This document shows, one piece after another, positions 31,944 to 43,811 of a stretch of DNA of 64,000 nucleotides. The position numbers and the translations under genes were made by a program. Numbering within the stretch: position 1 is the stretch's first letter; each line of letters opens with the position of its first letter. Location of the stretch: the NCBI GenBank assembly GCA_029881335.1, contig JAOUMU010000002.1, forward strand, positions 1-64,000, in the 5' to 3' direction. Under the pieces are notes generated by a model. That model saw only the letters and a program-made list of their open reading frames with translations, did no database searches and was not told where the DNA came from. The DNA comes from Nitrospinota bacterium. GTDB taxonomy: Bacteria; Nitrospinota_A; UBA7883.

Positions 31944-33821
31944 ATGCGCATGGAAAAAATGACAAAGCAGGACGGCAAAAGCCTCGATATGGTGAAGGGG
32001 AATCTAGAAGCTTTAAAAACCATCTTCCCGGAAGCTTTTACAGAGGATGGCGTTAACTTTGAAACACTGCGGCAGTTGCTTGGCGACGAGGTTGATGATG
32101 GCGAGGAGAAATACGGTCTCAACTGGCATGGCAAGAAAAAGGCCCGCCAGATCGCATTGACTCCTTCTCTGGGAACTCTGCGCCCATGCCCGGAAGAGAG
32201 TGTCGATTGGAACACCACACAGAACCTCTTTATCGAAGGGGACAATCTGGAAGTCCTGAAGCTCTTGCAGAAAAGCTACGCCAACAAGGTCAAGATGATC
32301 TATATCGACCCGCCCTATAACACAGGGAAGGAGTTCATCTATCCCGACAAGTTCCAGGACAATCTTGATACATATCTCAAATATACCGGTCAGAAAGATG
32401 ATGAGGGGTTCAAGGTCAGCTCCAACACGGAAAGCTCAGGCAGGTACCACACCAACTGGTTGAATATGATATATCCCCGCTTAAAGCTAGCGAGGAATCT
32501 TCTTCGGGATGATGGGGTCATTTTTATCTCAATAGATGATAATGAATCTACAAACCTAAGGATAATTTGTAATGATATTTTTGGAGAAGAAAATTTCATT
32601 GGGTCATTAATATGGAAACGCCGAGTGTCATCAGCAATGGCTGATAATAACGTTTCATCTGATCACGACTATGTAGTTTGCTATCAAAAAGGCAATCTAA
32701 AAGGGTTTGCTGGATTTGAAAAGGATTTCAAAAGATATTCCAACCCAGATAATGATAAAAGAGGTCCTTGGATTTCAGACAATTTGACTGTAGGTATGAA
32801 TTCGTCAATGCGCCCTAATCAAGCGTATGATTTAGTCGATCCAAAAACAGGTAGTACATACCCATATAATCCTAATCGTGTTTGGGCTTTTATTCCAGAA
32901 ACGATGAATAGAATGATTGCTGAAGGCAGGATTATTTTCCCGGACGATCCTGCAAAGCGTCCAATGCAAAAACGATTTCAGAATGAGCTTAATAATACAC
33001 ACAACCCTTTTTCTACTTTGATGCTGGATAGAGTAGGGTTAAATACAGAGGCTACCCGGACTATCCAAGATGTAATGGAAAGGAATGTTTTCGAGTATTC
33101 AAAGCCTGTTTCACTGCTTAAAACATTAGTTCCGCAAATATGTGTAAGCAAAAACGATATAGTTTTAGACTTTTTTGCAGGTTCGTGTGTAACTGCTCAT
33201 GCAGTTCTGGACTTAAACAAAGATGGAGATGATAATCTCAAATTTGTCATGGTTCAGCTTCCAGAACCATGTGATGAAAAGTCAGAAGCATTCAAAGGAG
33301 GATATAAAACCATAGCAGACATTGGTAAAGAACGTATCCGCCGGGTAGCCGCTAAAATCAAGGAGGAAACTCCGTTATATCAAGGCGATCTTGGATTCAA
33401 GGTCTTCAAGCTCGATAGCAGTAACATCCAAACATGGAATCCGGACAGGGATGATCTGGAACAGACGCTTCTGGATCATGCGGATCATCTTGTGGAAGGG
33501 CGGAGCGAAGAGGATGTTCTCTATGAATTGCTCCTGAAGCGTGGTGTTGATCTGACCGTACCCATTGAGCAAAAGGAAGTATCCGGCAAGGCTGTTTATA
33601 GCATCGGTTATGGAGTGTTGTTCACTTGCCTGGACACCTCCATCAGCCGGGATGATGTGGAAAGCCTCGCCCAGGGGATCGTCGCATGGCATGAAGAGCT
33701 GAAGCCGGAGAGCGACACACAAGTGGTCTTTCGGGACAGCGCGTTCGCCGATGACATTGCAAAAACCAACATGACAGCCATTCTTGAACAGAACGGCATC
33801 GCTCATGTGCGTAGTCTGTGA
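31944..33821 (+). CDS. mod: type III restriction-modification Mod subunit (beta-class N6-adenine DNA methyltransferase)
   Basis: 625 aa. Motif IV is IYIDPPYNTG. Motif I is FFAGSCVTAHAV, in the C-terminal part (beta-class circular permutation). The middle region is the presumptive variable target-recognition domain. Confidence 0.88.
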   Translation: MRMEKMTKQDGKSLDMVKGNLEALKTIFPEAFTEDGVNFETLRQLLGDEVDDGEEKYGLNWHGKKKARQIALTPSLGTLRPCPEESVDWNTTQNLFIEGDNLEVLKLLQKSYANKVKMIYIDPPYNTGKEFIYPDKFQDNLDTYLKYTGQKDDEGFKVSSNTESSGRYHTNWLNMIYPRLKLARNLLRDDGVIFISIDDNESTNLRIICNDIFGEENFIGSLIWKRRVSSAMADNNVSSDHDYVVCYQKGNLKGFAGFEKDFKRYSNPDNDKRGPWISDNLTVGMNSSMRPNQAYDLVDPKTGSTYPYNPNRVWAFIPETMNRMIAEGRIIFPDDPAKRPMQKRFQNELNNTHNPFSTLMLDRVGLNTEATRTIQDVMERNVFEYSKPVSLLKTLVPQICVSKNDIVLDFFAGSCVTAHAVLDLNKDGDDNLKFVMVQLPEPCDEKSEAFKGGYKTIADIGKERIRRVAAKIKEETPLYQGDLGFKVFKLDSSNIQTWNPDRDDLEQTLLDHADHLVEGRSEEDVLYELLLKRGVDLTVPIEQKEVSGKAVYSIGYGVLFTCLDTSISRDDVESLAQGIVAWHEELKPESDTQVVFRDSAFADDIAKTNMTAILEQNGIAHVRSL

Positions 33822-36800
33822 GCGGGGATTACTACATGAAATTACATTTTGAAGACAATCTGGAATATCAGCATGCGGCTATTGAGGCCGTTGCCGACCT
33901 GTTCAGAGGGCAGGATATTTGCCGGACGGAATTTACCGTTACTTACCAATCCGACGATGGCGCACAAGGCAGGCTTGGCATTGCAGAAAGTGAACTAGGT
34001 ATCGGGAACCGTCTTCAGCTCCTGGATGATGAAATACTGAAGAATTTGCACGATATCCAGCTCCGTAATGGATTGCCCCCGTCGGACTCCCTTGCCAATG
34101 GCGACTTCACCGTCGAGATGGAGACCGGAACCGGCAAGACCTATGTTTATCTGCGTACCATATTCGAGCTGAACAAGCGTTATGGCTTCACCAAATTCGT
34201 TATAGTCGTCCCTTCCGTGGCCATCAAGGAGGGAACCTACAAGACACTCCAGATCACGAGGGAGCATTTTGAAAACCTCTTTCCGATAGCCAAAGGCTAC
34301 GAGTATTTCCTCTACGACTCCGGCAAGCTTGGGCAGGTGCGCAATTTTGCAACCAGTCCTAATATCCAGATCATGGTTGTGACCGTCGGCGCGATCAATA
34401 AAAAGGACGTGAACAACCTCTATAAGGATAGTGAAAAAACCGGTGGCGAAAAACCGATTTATCTTGTCCGGGCAACCCATCCAATCATCATTGTTGACGA
34501 ACCGCAGAGTGTGGATGGTGGCATGAAAGGTCAGGGAAAAAAAGCTCTTGAAGCCATGAACCCGCTCTGCACATTACGTTATTCAGCAACCCATGTAGAT
34601 AAACATCACATGCTCTATCGCCTAGATGCCGTGGACGCATATGACCGTGAGCTGGTCAAACAGATCGAAGTGGCCGCTCTGGAAGTGGAAGGTGGCCATA
34701 ACAAGCCTTATGTGAAGCTGGTCTCAACGCACAACAAAAAAGGCTCGATCACGGCCAAGGTGGAGCTGGATGTTCAACGAGGAAAGAACATCCGCCGCGA
34801 CATAGTGACCGTGGAGGATGGAGACGATCTGGAGCAGGAAACTGGCCGTGCAATCTATGAGAATTTCCGAATAGGAACAATCACCTGTGGGAAGGGTAAT
34901 CAGTCCTTGGATATCAGCATGCCTGGCGGTGAATACACCATGCAGCCGGGTGAGGAGGTTGGCGGCGTTAATCCAGACGATCTAAAGAGGCTGATGATCC
35001 GCCGCACGATCAAGGAACACCTGGACAAGGAAATACGCTTTGCGGCGCAGAAGCGGGAAGTGAAAGTGCTTAGCCTGTTCTTCGTTGATAGCGTCGAATA
35101 TTACCGAAGCTACGATGAAGACGGGAATGCGGTGAAGGGAAAATACGCCCTGATGTTTGAAGAGGAATACCGCAAGCTGGCGAAACAGGCGGACTACCAC
35201 ACGCTGTTTGAGAAGATCGATCTCGATACCGATGCCAGTGATGTTCATAATGGTTATTTCTCAATCGACAAAAAGGGCGGATGGACAGAAACAGCGGAGA
35301 ACAATCAATCCAACAGAGACAGTGCTGAACGCGCCTATAACCTGATTATGAAGGATAAGGAAAAGCTTCTCAGCTTTGACTCTAAGCTCAAATTCATATT
35401 CTCCCATTCAGCCCTGAAAGAAGGGTGGGATAATCCGAACGTCTTTCAAATATGCGCTCTGCGTGACATGGGATCAGAACGCGAACGGCGGCAAACCCTT
35501 GGGCGCGGTTTGCGGTTATGCGTCAACCAAGAAGGCCTTCGGCTCCGTGGTTTTGACATTAATACGCTTACCGTAATCGCAACCGAGAGCTATGAGCAAT
35601 TTGCAGAGAACCTCCAGAAGGAAATAGAGGAGGATACCGGAATCCGGTTTGGCATCGTAGAAAAGCATCAGTTCGCCACACTGCCCGTGACTGCCGAAGA
35701 TGGTACGACGCAACCTCTGGGGGTGGAGAAATCAGAAAAAGTCTGGGATTTCCTGAAGGTGAATGACTATCTGGATAACCGAGGGAAAGTTCAGGACAGC
35801 TTGAAAACAGCGTTAAAAGAAAACACTCTGAAGATACCAGAGGAATTTAAGGAGCAGGAAGCAGGGATCAAAGGTATTCTGCGCAAACTTGCCGGGAAGC
35901 TGGATATCAAGAATGCGGATGAGCGTGTTACCGTCCGGACACGAGAGGCGGTACTGGAGAGTGAAGAGTTTAAGGCTCTATGGGATCGCATCAAGCACAA
36001 GACGACTTATCGTGTCGAGTTTGACAATGCGAAACTTATTGAGGATTGCGGAAAGGCCATTTTGGCCGGGCCACCAATTACCAAAACCCGAGCGCAATTC
36101 CGTATGGCGGATATTGCTATCGGGAAGGGTGGGGTGGAGGCTAAAGAAACAGCTACGTCGGGATTTACATCGATCAACGAAACCGATATTGAACTTCCGG
36201 ATTTACTGACGGATTTGCAGGACAAGACGAGCCTGAAGCGGCGGAGCCTGGTCGAGATTCTCACCGGTTGCCGTCGCTTGAACGACTTTATGAAGAACCC
36301 GCAGGAATTCATCGAACTAGCGACGGAGGCAATCAACAGGATAAAACGCCTTGCGCTTGTTGACGGCATTCGATATCGGCGTGTCGGTGACGATCACTAC
36401 TACGCCCAGGAGCTTTTTCAGCAGGAAGAGTTGACCGGATATCTCAAGAATACTCTGGAAACGCAAAAATCTGTTTATGAGCGTGTCGTTTACGATTCCG
36501 CCGGTGTTGAAAAACGCTTTGTCGAAGATTTGGAAGGGAACGAGGCGGTCAAAGTCTACGCCAAGCTCCCCGGCTGGTTCAAAGTGCCGACGCCGCTTGG
36601 CACATACAACCCTGACTGGGCGGTTCTGGTGGAAATCGACGGGCAGGAAAAGCTCTATTTCGTTGTCGAGACCAAGGGCAGCAATTGGTGGGACGATCTG
36701 CGCCACAAGGAAGGGGCCAAGATCAAATGCGGTGAAAAACACTTCGCCGTGCTGGCCGAAGGCGACAACCCGGCCAAGTACATTAAAGCCACCTGCGTCG

Positions 36801-36823
36801 ATGACATGATGAAGAATGGTTGA
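33818..36823 (+). CDS. res: type III restriction enzyme Res subunit (SF2 helicase plus C-terminal PD-(D/E)xK nuclease)
   Basis: 1001 aa. Walker A is METGTGKTY. DEAD-like motif II is IIVDEPQS. The C-terminal nuclease motif is YNPDW...VVETKGS. It overlaps mod by 4 bp. Confidence 0.88.
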   Translation: MSGDYYMKLHFEDNLEYQHAAIEAVADLFRGQDICRTEFTVTYQSDDGAQGRLGIAESELGIGNRLQLLDDEILKNLHDIQLRNGLPPSDSLANGDFTVEMETGTGKTYVYLRTIFELNKRYGFTKFVIVVPSVAIKEGTYKTLQITREHFENLFPIAKGYEYFLYDSGKLGQVRNFATSPNIQIMVVTVGAINKKDVNNLYKDSEKTGGEKPIYLVRATHPIIIVDEPQSVDGGMKGQGKKALEAMNPLCTLRYSATHVDKHHMLYRLDAVDAYDRELVKQIEVAALEVEGGHNKPYVKLVSTHNKKGSITAKVELDVQRGKNIRRDIVTVEDGDDLEQETGRAIYENFRIGTITCGKGNQSLDISMPGGEYTMQPGEEVGGVNPDDLKRLMIRRTIKEHLDKEIRFAAQKREVKVLSLFFVDSVEYYRSYDEDGNAVKGKYALMFEEEYRKLAKQADYHTLFEKIDLDTDASDVHNGYFSIDKKGGWTETAENNQSNRDSAERAYNLIMKDKEKLLSFDSKLKFIFSHSALKEGWDNPNVFQICALRDMGSERERRQTLGRGLRLCVNQEGLRLRGFDINTLTVIATESYEQFAENLQKEIEEDTGIRFGIVEKHQFATLPVTAEDGTTQPLGVEKSEKVWDFLKVNDYLDNRGKVQDSLKTALKENTLKIPEEFKEQEAGIKGILRKLAGKLDIKNADERVTVRTREAVLESEEFKALWDRIKHKTTYRVEFDNAKLIEDCGKAILAGPPITKTRAQFRMADIAIGKGGVEAKETATSGFTSINETDIELPDLLTDLQDKTSLKRRSLVEILTGCRRLNDFMKNPQEFIELATEAINRIKRLALVDGIRYRRVGDDHYYAQELFQQEELTGYLKNTLETQKSVYERVVYDSAGVEKRFVEDLEGNEAVKVYAKLPGWFKVPTPLGTYNPDWAVLVEIDGQEKLYFVVETKGSNWWDDLRHKEGAKIKCGEKHFAVLAEGDNPAKYIKATCVDDMMKNG

Positions 36824-36835
36824 GGGATATTAGAA

Positions 36836-37051
36836 ATGATGGAAGATAATAAGCCACTCAATGTGCAAGTCACCTCCAAAGAAACACCCACTCTTTTAAA
36901 TACTGACCGCCTTCGGTTGCACTTGAAAGAAGATGGATTGGCAGTGGCTTTACTTGACGTATGGCTTGATGATCCAAAACTCGATAATCAGGCGCGTATG
37001 CTTCAAATTATCGATAGTTATCATAAAAAAAAGCAAGTGAACGATGGCTAG
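36836..37051 (+). CDS. small hypothetical protein (71 aa), translationally coupled to the downstream ABC ATPase
   Basis: It starts 13 bp after the res stop. Its stop overlaps the ATPase start (ATGGCTAG). Confidence 0.5.
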   Translation: MMEDNKPLNVQVTSKETPTLLNTDRLRLHLKEDGLAVALLDVWLDDPKLDNQARMLQIIDSYHKKKQVNDG

Positions 37052-39566
37052 GCCCCAACTACGAAAAATTGAAATCCAGGGATTCCGTAGCTTTGGCTCT
37101 GGGAAACAATCATTTGAATTATCCCAAACTGTATCGGTCCTTTGGGGTGGGAATAGCCAAGGTAAAACGAGCCTTGCCGAAGCTATTGAATTCCTTTTTA
37201 GTGGCCAAATCGCCCGTCGCGAGTTGCTAGCCAGTACGAAGGACGAGTTTTCAGACTCACTCCGAAACGCTCATATCCCTAATACACTCCCTGTTTTTGT
37301 ATCCGCTGAAATAGTATGTGCTGACGGAAAAATAAGGCAATTAAAGCGCGTATTGAGCGAGGATTACAAGAAAGGAAACCATGGATGTATCAGCACACTG
37401 GAAATTGATGGACTTCTTTGCCTAGATGGCGATATTGAAACAAAATTGGGTATTAAGCTCTTCCAAGCACCCCTAAGCTCACCAGTGCTGGCCCAACACA
37501 CTCTTGGATATATATTTTCCGCTGGCCCAAATGATCGCTCCACCTATTTTAGGGCTGTGCTGGATACACAGGATTTAGAAGATTTCCGTGCGGCTATTGC
37601 CGCCCTATCAGAGTATATTCCCACACCAGTCCTAAAAGAAAATGGACTCTTGCATGCTATCGAGATCATACCAGAGCTGGGTAATACAAGCAGTGCCATA
37701 CGGAAATCCAAATCGCTGTCCAATTTAGAGAATAGTTTACTTGATGCAACAACTGCTCTCCTAACCAGCCTGGGGCTTAATCCACAAGATCAGCTTGCGG
37801 CACAGGCTATACAGATCGAGGAGGAGTTAATAAAAAGACGTGCAAAGTCATTTCCCCTCGATCTGTTTACCAAATCCTCCTTCGTGCCATGGGATAAGAA
37901 TTCAGGTAGCTTGGATCAACACATTAAAATATTTTACGAGGAACGCGCTAAAATTGACGTGGAAACCCGAAGACTTGTCGATTTATTCAAGATGGCTTTG
38001 CTATTGCCTGAAGCCAGTAATGAGCCTGAAGTAGCAAACTGTCCATTATGTGGCACGATTGACGCTTTAACGCCAAAGCGCATCCATGCGATACGCGAAC
38101 AGGTTAAAGATACAGAAATATACCAAGCGGCCGAGAAAGATATCTGTCAAACTCTACAAGCAATATCAACAAGGTTGTCTTCCTTGACTACAGCTCTGGA
38201 TTCCTCTTTGCCAAAATTTATTTTGGAACAACCACAGGCCAGACGTGCAAAAGGATTTACCGTAACCCGCATGCGTGACCTCGTGAATGATGCAGCCATG
38301 GTTACAAATTGGCTTGTTCCTACACGCCAAATTATCCGTGCTTCAGTAACCTTTAGAAAATCAATTATCGATGCACAAACAACTATCAATACTGTCATAG
38401 ACAGTCTAGATATATGGAACGATAAAACATCGATAACCCGTGCACTCGATAAAGTTAAATCAGCTCAAGATGTATATGCACAAAGCATCGATAATTATAC
38501 GCAAGTGGCAGAGTTGCTCGTCGGGCCACTGAAGAGTGCTGTTGACCAAAGCACGAACACTAAAGGCTGGGAAGAACTGGCCAAGCTGGCACACAGTCCT
38601 ACCGCCTTGTGGAATGCACTTGTAGAAACGGCCACGTATGAGCAGAAGAAGAAAGACCTTAACAGGGCACTCAAGGAAATTGACGCTGGCAATGGCAGGG
38701 TTGCGGATGATAAATTCGCCGATATGAGCACAGAAGTTAAAAAATGGTGGGATTATTTGCGACCTGATGAAACAACATTCTTTGATGCTGTGCAACGGCG
38801 TAGCACAAAAGCACGGCGAAATATTGACATTAAAGTCGGCCTTTCTGCTACTGAAGATCGTAGCAATCCGGCATTCCGAAATGCTGTTGCCGTATTTAGT
38901 CAATCGCAATTGCATTGCCTTGGTCTTTCGATGTTCCTAGCCCGAGCTGTGCAAGCTAAAACGGGATTCATTGTAATGGATGATCCTGTTTTGACTAGCG
39001 ATGACGATTTTAGACCTAATTTTGCTTCAACTGTCATCGAGGGTCTGTTGAATGAAGGGGTGCAATCCATAATTCTGACACAAGATCATTCGAGCTGGAA
39101 AGATATTGGACATCGTTGGGTACACCGCGATGTTGCCCAATTTCAAATTGTGTGCAACAACCCACTTTTGGGAACTGAAATCAGAAATCAGAATGATGGT
39201 CTTGCTACTATGATTGCAAGGGCACAGCCATTTGTTAAATCACACGACCTTGACCAACAAAAAACAGGTGCTACCCAAATACGATTATCTATCGAACGTT
39301 TCGGTAAAGAAATTCTTGTACGGAAAAGTCGCCTTGACGGTAACCAGATAGCTTCCATAACTGACTATGACGGAAAGAACTTCGGTGAATTCAGTAATTC
39401 TGTTTATGCCCTTCTCACAAAAGACCCTGCTCATCCAGGCAAGCTGAAGGCTGCGCATTCATACGTTACGCCAGGGGCACACGACGATACTCCTCCATCG
39501 TCAGGCAAGCTTTCAACGGCACTTGGAGACCTGAAGAAAATGAAGCGCGACTATCTAGACTCATAA
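37044..39566 (+). CDS. Rad50/SbcC-like ABC ATPase with a coiled-coil insertion and a CxxC zinc-hook motif; candidate RloC-like anticodon nuclease or other defence ATPase
   Basis: 840 aa. Walker A is GGNSQGKTS near the N-terminus. A long helical middle region contains CPLCG near residue 330. A signature-like QLHCLGLS and Walker B FIVMDDP are followed by an extra C-terminal domain of about 170 aa containing an R-x3-E...H pattern (IRLSIER ... DPAH). Confidence 0.6.
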   Translation: MARPQLRKIEIQGFRSFGSGKQSFELSQTVSVLWGGNSQGKTSLAEAIEFLFSGQIARRELLASTKDEFSDSLRNAHIPNTLPVFVSAEIVCADGKIRQLKRVLSEDYKKGNHGCISTLEIDGLLCLDGDIETKLGIKLFQAPLSSPVLAQHTLGYIFSAGPNDRSTYFRAVLDTQDLEDFRAAIAALSEYIPTPVLKENGLLHAIEIIPELGNTSSAIRKSKSLSNLENSLLDATTALLTSLGLNPQDQLAAQAIQIEEELIKRRAKSFPLDLFTKSSFVPWDKNSGSLDQHIKIFYEERAKIDVETRRLVDLFKMALLLPEASNEPEVANCPLCGTIDALTPKRIHAIREQVKDTEIYQAAEKDICQTLQAISTRLSSLTTALDSSLPKFILEQPQARRAKGFTVTRMRDLVNDAAMVTNWLVPTRQIIRASVTFRKSIIDAQTTINTVIDSLDIWNDKTSITRALDKVKSAQDVYAQSIDNYTQVAELLVGPLKSAVDQSTNTKGWEELAKLAHSPTALWNALVETATYEQKKKDLNRALKEIDAGNGRVADDKFADMSTEVKKWWDYLRPDETTFFDAVQRRSTKARRNIDIKVGLSATEDRSNPAFRNAVAVFSQSQLHCLGLSMFLARAVQAKTGFIVMDDPVLTSDDDFRPNFASTVIEGLLNEGVQSIILTQDHSSWKDIGHRWVHRDVAQFQIVCNNPLLGTEIRNQNDGLATMIARAQPFVKSHDLDQQKTGATQIRLSIERFGKEILVRKSRLDGNQIASITDYDGKNFGEFSNSVYALLTKDPAHPGKLKAAHSYVTPGAHDDTPPSSGKLSTALGDLKKMKRDYLDS

Positions 39567-40020
39567 AGACGGCAACCGCTAAGGGTAAGTCCCCTTTTCA
39601 AACATGATAAAATACATTATCACGTTTAAAAGAAAGAAACATTGTCAAGGTCTGAAGACTCAATAGCAATATCATGCAGGACAATGATATCCTTGATCCG
39701 GCCATGTTTTCTCCGCCCACCTGGCTTTGATCACACCTCTCCTAATGAAGTTTTTTTCCATTATGCTCAAAATATCGCATCATGGTTAACTGCGCCGCGC
39801 AAAGGTATAGCTAGAAATTGGAAATGCTTTTCTGTCGTCAATGTGAGAAAGCCATATGTAAATCTGGAATTTCCCATATACCTGTCATTGAATGGATTAC
39901 ATTGCCAGACGGATAATTACATGACCTATGATTCATATACAAAACATACAAAACCCTAATCCAAAATGAAATCGCCAGAGTTTTGTATGTTTTGTATACG
40001 TGTATACGCAAAGGCCTTTC

Positions 40021-40047
40021 CAAAAAGATAGGGGGCGCGAGCCCCCC
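40021..40047 (-). terminator. rho-independent terminator for the minus-strand primase operon
   Basis: A GC hairpin GGGGGC-GCGA-GCCCCC (40031..40047) is followed, on the minus strand, by TATCTTTTTG. It lies 10 bp downstream of the primase stop. Confidence 0.6.
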
Positions 40048-40057
40048 ATCGTTTGGC

Positions 40058-42652
<2,595 letters not shown>

Positions 42653-42756
42653 CTTTTCGTTCCATCAAGTAATGTTGATAATCAACGGCAACCGCGCCGC
42701 TTAAAGGATATAAAATCACACTCTCGATGATATAAAAAACTACCATTTCTATTTAT

Positions 42757-42873
42757 GGTAGGTTTGTTTTTGAGGTAGGTTTATTCGAGCGTGTATTGGA
42801 GCGGGTTTTATGTGATACCTATCTTGAGAATATTTCGATCCGAGGTAGGTTTTAGAGGGAAAAGGTAGGTATT
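42757..42873. promoter_or_regulatory. four direct iteron-like repeats GGTAGGT(T/A)T plus a palindrome TACCAT-N8-ATGGTA upstream of the alpA-primase operon
   Basis: Copies were read at 42757, 42774, 42844 and 42864. The palindrome at 42741..42760 overlaps the first copy. Confidence 0.55.
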
Positions 42874-43597
42874 AATTTGGCGATTCTTGCTTTCGCGGAC
42901 GGCCATGCGGCTTTTTACCGGTTTGCCGAATAGTTTTTTTGAGCGTAATATCTGAATATTCGTGAACTGGAAACTGCGTTCTATCTTTATATTTGCCCTC
43001 CCGATAAAGGCGGATTAATTCGTCATGAGTTGAGCTGGGATTTTCCTTCACAAGGCGATTGAGAACACCAAAGCGTTCCGCCGCCTTGGCTTGGCGTGTC
43101 TGCTTCCCTTTGACCGGCGATTCGATGCGCCACATGGATTCCTGCGCCTGGGCTTTGCGATTCTTCGGAAAAAGGAAGGCGGGCTGTTGGTGAAGGCGCT
43201 TTGCTAGGTCTTTCAATATATCGCGGGATACCTTTGTTTCATACAGAAACATATCCTGCCATATCATCCTGCCATCGATGACTGTTGGTTGTCCTGCTTG
43301 CTTTCCTATGTTCAAAAAGGCCTTCGCTTGCAGGTTCATATGATTACTATATGGTCTTGCATAGTTTTCAGATAATGGCGATTCAGCATATTCGCGACTA
43401 TCCAAAGCGCCAATAATGAGGGAGAGTATTTTTCCGACACATAATGGGATTTCGCTCTCTCTCAAGGGCGATACTTTTATTCCTCCAATATGTTGTGGCG
43501 GCGCAAAACCACACCAAAGAAAACATACCTCGTATAGAGTAAAAGATCCATCAACCTTCAACTGTTCATAGTCATTATCGGTCAGTGGCTTCAGCAT
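42872..43597 (-). CDS. hypothetical island protein
   Basis: 241-aa ORF between the integrase and the alpA operon. No recognisable motif was found. Confidence 0.5.
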   Translation of the reverse strand: MLKPLTDNDYEQLKVDGSFTLYEVCFLWCGFAPPQHIGGIKVSPLRESEIPLCVGKILSLIIGALDSREYAESPLSENYARPYSNHMNLQAKAFLNIGKQAGQPTVIDGRMIWQDMFLYETKVSRDILKDLAKRLHQQPAFLFPKNRKAQAQESMWRIESPVKGKQTRQAKAAERFGVLNRLVKENPSSTHDELIRLYREGKYKDRTQFPVHEYSDITLKKTIRQTGKKPHGRPRKQESPN

Positions 43598-43811
43598 CGC
43601 GCCCTCCTTCCGGCGCCCTGAAATAAGATATTGACCGGCGGGGCTGGTTCAGGAAAGCCAGCTTTTCGGGGATCAACCTAGCCGGTCAAAGTGTAGCAAA
43701 AATAGCATGAATAGCAATTGCAGGCCGCCAAAGCGAATTATCGCGCCAAGGCTAGCGGATGCCGTTAAGTCAATCTATTGGCAGTAATGGCAGTGGCTTT
43801 ACCTTAGGTAT

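Noticed and set aside
39642-39959. 105-aa ORF in the AT-rich intergenic gap of the island
   Set aside because: Low-complexity AT-rich frame with no RBS and no motifs. The region is better explained as structured non-coding DNA.
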